From Octopus vulgaris (taxonomy: Eukaryota): DNA of 64,000 bases. Shown in pieces: positions 23,201 to 64,000 of this stretch. The stretch spans positions 39,618,001 to 39,682,000 of the forward strand of contig OX597818.1 in the NCBI GenBank assembly GCA_951406725.2. The letters are read 5' to 3'. Made by a program: the position numbers and the translations under genes. The notes under the pieces are model-generated. The model made no database searches. It was not told where the DNA came from and saw nothing but the letters and a program-made list of their open reading frames with translations. How positions within the stretch are numbered: the stretch's first letter is position 1; every line of letters starts with the position of its first letter.

Positions 23201-24524
23201 GATGTTCGAAACCATCCTTAAGGAAAGTATGTTGCTCCACCTCCAAAACACAGCCTCTATCTCTGATTCCCAACACCGCTTCGTGCTGAAGAGATCATGC
23301 TTGACCAACTTACTGGTAATGGAAGAAATGGTTACGCGTATCCTCGATGATGGTGATTCTGTTGACATCGTTTTATTGGACTTTGCCAAAGCTTTTGACT
23401 CGGTAAACCACTGCCTATTACTTGTCAAGCTTCAAGCATATAGTTTCCATCCGGATATTGTACGATGGGTTGGTGCCTTCCTCGGATCGCTCCTTCCAAG
23501 TCCAAGTTAATGGTTCGCTGTCCGACGTCTCCAGTTCGAGCAGTGGCGTGCCTCAAGGTTCAGTGCTTGGGCCCTTATTCTTCTTAGTCTTCATAAATGA
23601 CTTGCCCGACGACCTCACGCAACACACCCTTCTGTTTGCCGATGATGTCAAACTGGTCGCTCCTAGCGGTGATATAGAGGATCTTCATTGATGCCTCCAC
23701 TAAGTTTGGAGATGGTCTAACGAATGGGACCTATGTCTGAACATGTCAAAGTGCTGTCATCTGCCTGTTGGCTCTTCTCCTGCAACTCGACTTGCTTTCG
23801 AGCTAGGTCATCTGCTGCTGGAGAGGACTGACCAGGTAAAGGACCTGGGTATCTTGGTGGATTCTTCCTTTTTTGCCTTCGGCCCAGAGCATCCATGCTG
23901 CCAACAAAGCACACAGAGTTCTGTTTTTGATTCGACGGTCATTCGGAGTGCTCACAGCAGCCATATTCCTATCACTCTATGTCATGCTGGTGAGACCCAT
24001 CTTGGAGTATGGGATTCAAGCCTCTACTCCTTATCTCCTCAAAGACATACAGCATCTCGAAAGAGTCCAGAAGCTGGCTACCCACATGGTTCTTGGTCTC
24101 AAGCATTTGTCTTATGAAGAAAGGCTGAAGACTCTCAACCTTTATTCTCTAGAAAAACGATGACGCTGTGGTGATCTCATTCTTGCTCACAATATCATAA
24201 GTGGAAAGTGTAACCTCTCGAAAGAGCTGTTCTTCACTCCTGCTCCAGAGCGTCGGCTGCGGGGTCACTCCGAAAAGCTCTATCTGTGACGATTTCATCT
24301 CAATCGAAGGAGAGGGGCTTTCTCCGTCCGGGTTGCGGATCCGTGGAATAAGCTGCCGGACGAGATAGTGAAGACGCCGACAACCGCTCGGTTCAAAGTC
24401 TCCCTTGACCACAAATGGCCTGAACTCTTTGCATGAACACCACCCTGTACATAACTCCATGTCCCCCTACATGGCCTTGCTTTTTGCTTTTTGGGCCAAA
24501 AAATTAACCTAGCCTAACCTAACC
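20300..24524 (+). mobile_element. Near full-length decayed CR1/L2-clade LINE (ORF1 remnant, APE endonuclease, RT)
   Basis: APE motifs ILGDFN, LDLVF, SDH; RT motifs [36 protein letters not shown]; 3' (CCTAA)-like tail; many frameshifts and stops; 5' boundary approximate. Confidence 0.9.
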
Positions 24525-25138
24525 ATTTAGTAATGTGAACAATGCCCAGTAATCAAAATAGCAATTTTTGACTGATTTATTCCCATCTCTTCTGAAAACA
24601 TTTTGTTTTATTTCAAAATAAATATTAACATAAGTACTAGAGCTTCTCTGATGTTTGACATGCTGAAAATAAGAATCTCTGAGTGATTCCTGTCTTAATA
24701 CTCTTTTACTTGTTTCAGTCATTTAACTGCGGCCATGCTTTATGGAAAATAGTGTCGGTTATTTCTAATATTCATACCTAATTTATTTAGTTAAGCTTCT
24801 GGTTGCTTTGTCGATTTTACATCTCATGATATTAGAAAAAAAAATAGGTTAAATATATTCTCAAGCAAATTTTTATGTCATTTTAAATATTAATTTACTG
24901 ATTAAATTTCATTGAAGTTTTAATAAAAGTAATGTACTGGGAAGTTTTTTTATCTGATGTCAATGAGTATATTGATGATTTTTTTTTTGTTATGGTGTGT
25001 GTGTAAGGGCAAGTAATCACAAGCAAGAAAAGTTAATTAATGTTTGACTTAATATAGCTATAATTTTACATATTTAAAAGCTACACACATCTCTCGACAT
25101 GGTAGCTGGTTCTTTTAATTATAGATATGTCCAATTAA

Positions 25139-25358
25139 CCCTTTCATTACCGTATTTAATTTGGGATGCTCTATGTTTCTTTCAGTTACTTTAAATATAA
25201 CAAAGAATTTAGTAAAATAACTCAGTTATCATTCAGCTAATGTTAGGAACATAAATTGTGAGTAAGGTTTGGTGGAAGATTTTAATTCAAAACTTATGAA
25301 AACAAAACATTTATACTCAGAGCCAGAGCCGGTTTCAGCCGGGTTGGTAACGAAAGGG
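25139..25358. mobile_element. ~220-bp TTAA MITE (piggyBac-type TIRs)
   Basis: TTAA|CCCTTTCATTAC..GTAACGAAAGGG|TTAA; family copies elsewhere in the window. Confidence 0.85.
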
Positions 25359-26493
25359 TTAAGGATCATTGTGGGTTTGCATAGTCTCTTTATATTTTGT
25401 GTTGGGTTGTGCTTATGATTTAGTACACATGTTATAAGAGGGTTTCCAATCTAATAATTCTTGAATTATTAATGTCTAGGGAAAAAAGATGCTCCCTGTA
25501 AATTTCATGTTATATTCATCATCATCGTTTAACGTCCACTTTCCTTGCTAGCATGGGTTGGATGATTTTGACTGAGGGCTGGCAAACCAGATGGCTGCAC
25601 CAGGCTCCATTCTTGATCTGGCAGAGTTTCTACAGCTGGATGCCCTTCCTAACGCCAACCACTCTGAGAGTGTAGTGGGTGTTTTTTACGTGCCACCATA
25701 CTACAATTTCATAGTGACTGTTATTTTACCAAATTCTTCATTTTCTAAAATTAAAACAAACTTGACCAAGATTCTATGATATAGAATAATCAGATTGCAA
25801 CACCTTCGATTCATTGATCAGATCCAAAAAGAAAACAAAGTACATCTTTGATCTGAAAATACTTTATTCAGTGTGATATCAAATTACAGAAAAGCTGAAT
25901 TTAGTGTTTTATTATGACTAATGCAAAATAAGACATAATTAAAAAAAAAAGTTATCTTCAGTTGGAATTTAAATCCATAGTGGTATATGAGGGATCTCTG
26001 AATTCAGCTGTGTGTGGAGTGTACATAGAGTAATTAAAATTAGTGAAATGAAAAAGTAATTTTAAAAAGGTGCTTATTTTAAATTAATTAAACTTTTTTT
26101 TTAATGTGAAGTTTTAAATATTAATGTAGGATAAATTATAAAAATGAGTGTCCTGCCTGTGTTTTAATACATAGGAATTTGAAACTTGCAGTGTTCCAAG
26201 AACCTGCTCTTGAATAATAGTTTCCAATTTGATTTCTAGGAGTGTTTTCAGTTGATGTGCTGTGCTATGTATACACTAGTCAGGAAATTAAATATTTATT
26301 AAAAGAATTGTGTAAATAAGTTTGTAACCTGCCCAAGGCCAAGAAAAGAGAGAGGACTGTACTTAACTGATACTTCATTTTATTGACACATAAGGAGTAA
26401 AGTTGACCTTGGCAAGATTTGAACTGAAAACGTATACAATATTATTAAAAATAATTATTAAAATGCTGTTCAAAAATATAGTTTCCATGTTGT

Positions 26494-61455
<34,962 letters not shown>

Positions 61456-62289
61456 CTAAGGAAACAGATTAATTAACGAGTTAATCAGTTGTTAAATAAG
61501 ATCTGGAAAAACAAAAGAAACTAAAAGAAAAATTCAAAGACTTAAAAATTAAACAAATTAAAATGAAGCAACTAACCATTAATGACACTTTTTGACTCCC
61601 TACATAAATGCCAGTTTCAAATTTTGGCACAAGGCCAGCAATTTCAGAGGAGGCAGAAAGTTGATTGCATCAATGCCAGTGCTCAGCTGGTACTTATTCG
61701 AGCCCAAAAAGATGAAAGCAAAGTAGGCTTTCATGGAACTTGAACTCCGAACATGTAGACAGATGAAATGCCACTAAGTATTTTGCTTGGCATACTAACA
61801 ATTTTGCCAGTTTGCCACCTCAATTCTGGGAAGAGGGTATTTTCAAGTTAAAGGAAAAATGGAGATGCATTGTGCAACAAAATGGTTCATATTTGGTTGA
61901 TTAAAAATGTAATGGCAAGTATTTATTGACCCTTTTCTTTCCTTTAAAAATCGGTAGGAACTTTCCGGACATCCTAATATATTCATTATTCGATACTAAC
62001 ACAAGGAAGATATTTTTTCCTATTGTTATTAAATTTGAACATTTTAAATCTTTTACAGAACGACAGAAAGATTTATCCAGAGAAACCTTTTCCTCAAAAC
62101 ATAAGAATTAACACTAGAATATTTAATGCAGAAAGTCAAAACTTTTTAATCAACTCAAATTATACTTTACTAGTTTATCTTTTACTTGTTTCAGTCATTG
62201 GACTGCGACCATGCTGTGGCACAACTTTGAAGTGTTTAGTTGAACAAATTGATCCCAGTATTTATGGTTTTAAGAGTAGCACTTATTCT

Positions 62290-62335
62290 AATAATAATAA
62301 TAATAATGATAATAATAATAATAATGATGACGATG

Positions 62336-62400
<65 letters not shown>

Positions 62401-62407
62401 GATGATG

Positions 62408-62456
<49 letters not shown>
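62290..62456. repeat. Compound (AAT)n/(GAT)n microsatellite
   Basis: Direct observation. Confidence 0.95.
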
Positions 62457-62457
<1 letters not shown>

Positions 62458-62544
62458 CAAGAAAAGAGGGAGAAGAGGATGAAAGGTAAAATTGACACTG
62501 CTGGAATTTGAACTCAGAATATATAAATAGATGAAATGTTGTGA

Positions 62545-63281
62545 TACCCGTGCCGGTGACACATTGGGCCTCACAGTGGAAATGACGAAAGACCGAGACC
62601 TCTGAGATATACTGTGACTGCGAAGACCCAACAAATGAAGTGAGTTCATGGTCCGCAGGATGGCCTGCTGTGCTAACTTTGGATCGTAGAGTGACCCGTT
62701 GTGCTTGAGGAGACCTATTGAGTCAAGTACCATGCCAGTGGCATGTAAAAAGCACCATCTGAATGTGGCTGATGCCAGCGCTGCCTGACTGGCGTCTGTG
62801 TTGGTGACACGTAAAAAGCACCAACCGATCTTGGCCATTTGCCAGCCTCCTTTGTCCCCTGTGCCGGTGGCACGTAAAAAGCACCACTACACTCACGGAG
62901 TGGTTGGTGTTAGGAAGGGAATCCAGCCATAGAAACACTGCCAGATCAGACTGGGACCTGGTGCAGCCTCCTGGCTTCCCAGACTCCTATTTCTTTACTA
63001 CCCACAAGGGGCTAAACACAGAGAGGACAAACAAGGACAGACAAACGGATTAAGTTGATTATATCGACTCCAGTGCGTAACTGGTACTTATTTAATCGAC
63101 CCCGAAAGAATGAAAGGCAAAGTCGACCTCGGCGGAATTTGAACTCAGAACGTAACAGCAGGCGAAATACCGCTAAGCATTTCGCCCGGTGTACTAACGG
63201 TTCTGCCAGCTAGTCAGACTCCTGTCGAACCGTCCAACCCATGCTAGCATGGAAAACAAACGTTAAACGATGATGATGATG
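62545..63281 (+). mobile_element. Long SINE-B copy with nested SINE-C (62989-63214)
   Basis: TSD cagactcct at 62980-62988 and 63215-63223. Confidence 0.85.
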
Positions 63282-64000
63282 TTGCTTAGATTCCTAATGA
63301 TTCTACCAATGTTACAAGGTTTCCTACGTCCAGTTTACTAGAATCTTACCACACTCTATACAGATGATAGGGTAAAAGTATGATTGAAAATCACTTTTAT
63401 GTACCAGAAGACTATTGCAATTGTTTTCTGTTTATATGAGTTAGACATAGGAAGTTCCAGTGCTTATGACCATCGAAGGCTTTCTTAAACTATTACTGGT
63501 AAACTGCAAGTAAAAGATAGACAAGAGGGGAACTGAGGTAGTTTGGGGAAAGATGCTTGAAACAATGAATTCTGGCAAATCATCATTATCATCATCATCA
63601 TCGTCTGCTTTCCATGCTGGCATGGGTTGGACAGTCTGAATGAGGACTGGCAAGCCAGTAGGCTGCACCAGGCTCCAGTCTGATTTGGCAAGGTTTCTAC
63701 AGCTGGATGCCCTTCCTGACACCAACCACTCCAAGAGTGTACTGGGTACATTTTACTTGCCGCCAGCTAGTCAGGGGGCACTGACATCGACCACATTTGC
63801 ATGGTGCTTTTTATGTGCCACCGGCACAGGAGCCAGTCAGGGGGCTGGCACATGGCCAGTGATTTCAGGGGTGTAATTTGATTACATTTATTCCAGGACT
63901 CAACTGATACTAATTCTATTGACCCCAAAAGAATGATAGGCAAAGTTGGCCCGGGCAAAATTTGAACTCAGAATATAAAGATGGGCAAAATGCCACAAAG

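Noticed and set aside
62023-62838. Poly-N/D/I ORFs
   Set aside because: (AAT)/(GAT) microsatellite within SINE sequence; no supporting splice context.
63345-63500. Further upstream OTOA-like exon(s)
   Set aside because: A good acceptor and a GTAAG donor exist, but no open frame ends in phase 0 at a convincing donor; left unannotated.

Overview
AT-rich eukaryotic genomic DNA with GT-AG introns, dense SINE/MITE/LINE relics and microsatellites. The repeat families look like those of an octopus or other coleoid cephalopod (recognition from memory, not a database result). Most six-frame ORFs are artefacts. I assembled two convergent spliced genes by hand from splice sites and reading phase. (1) A 10-exon, 471-aa nucleolin-like gene on + (2871-19176) has acidic tracts, TPAK/TPK repeats, two RRMs, a bipartite NLS and an acidic tail, but no RGG/GAR domain. 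(2) The last 18 exons (833 aa) of an otoancorin/stereocilin/mesothelin-family gene lie on - (61455-26494), with a furin site and a GPI-type C-terminus; its 5' end was not found in the window. A decayed near full-length CR1/L2 LINE lies between the genes. Introns carry piggyBac, mariner, Helitron, HERO, RTE and CR1 relics, several tRNA-derived SINE families, long fold-back repeats, a 55-bp minisatellite and candidate snoRNAs. The most unusual signal is a set of short elements with minimal Penelope-type hammerhead-ribozyme folds, one of them fused to a tRNA-like Pol III head.
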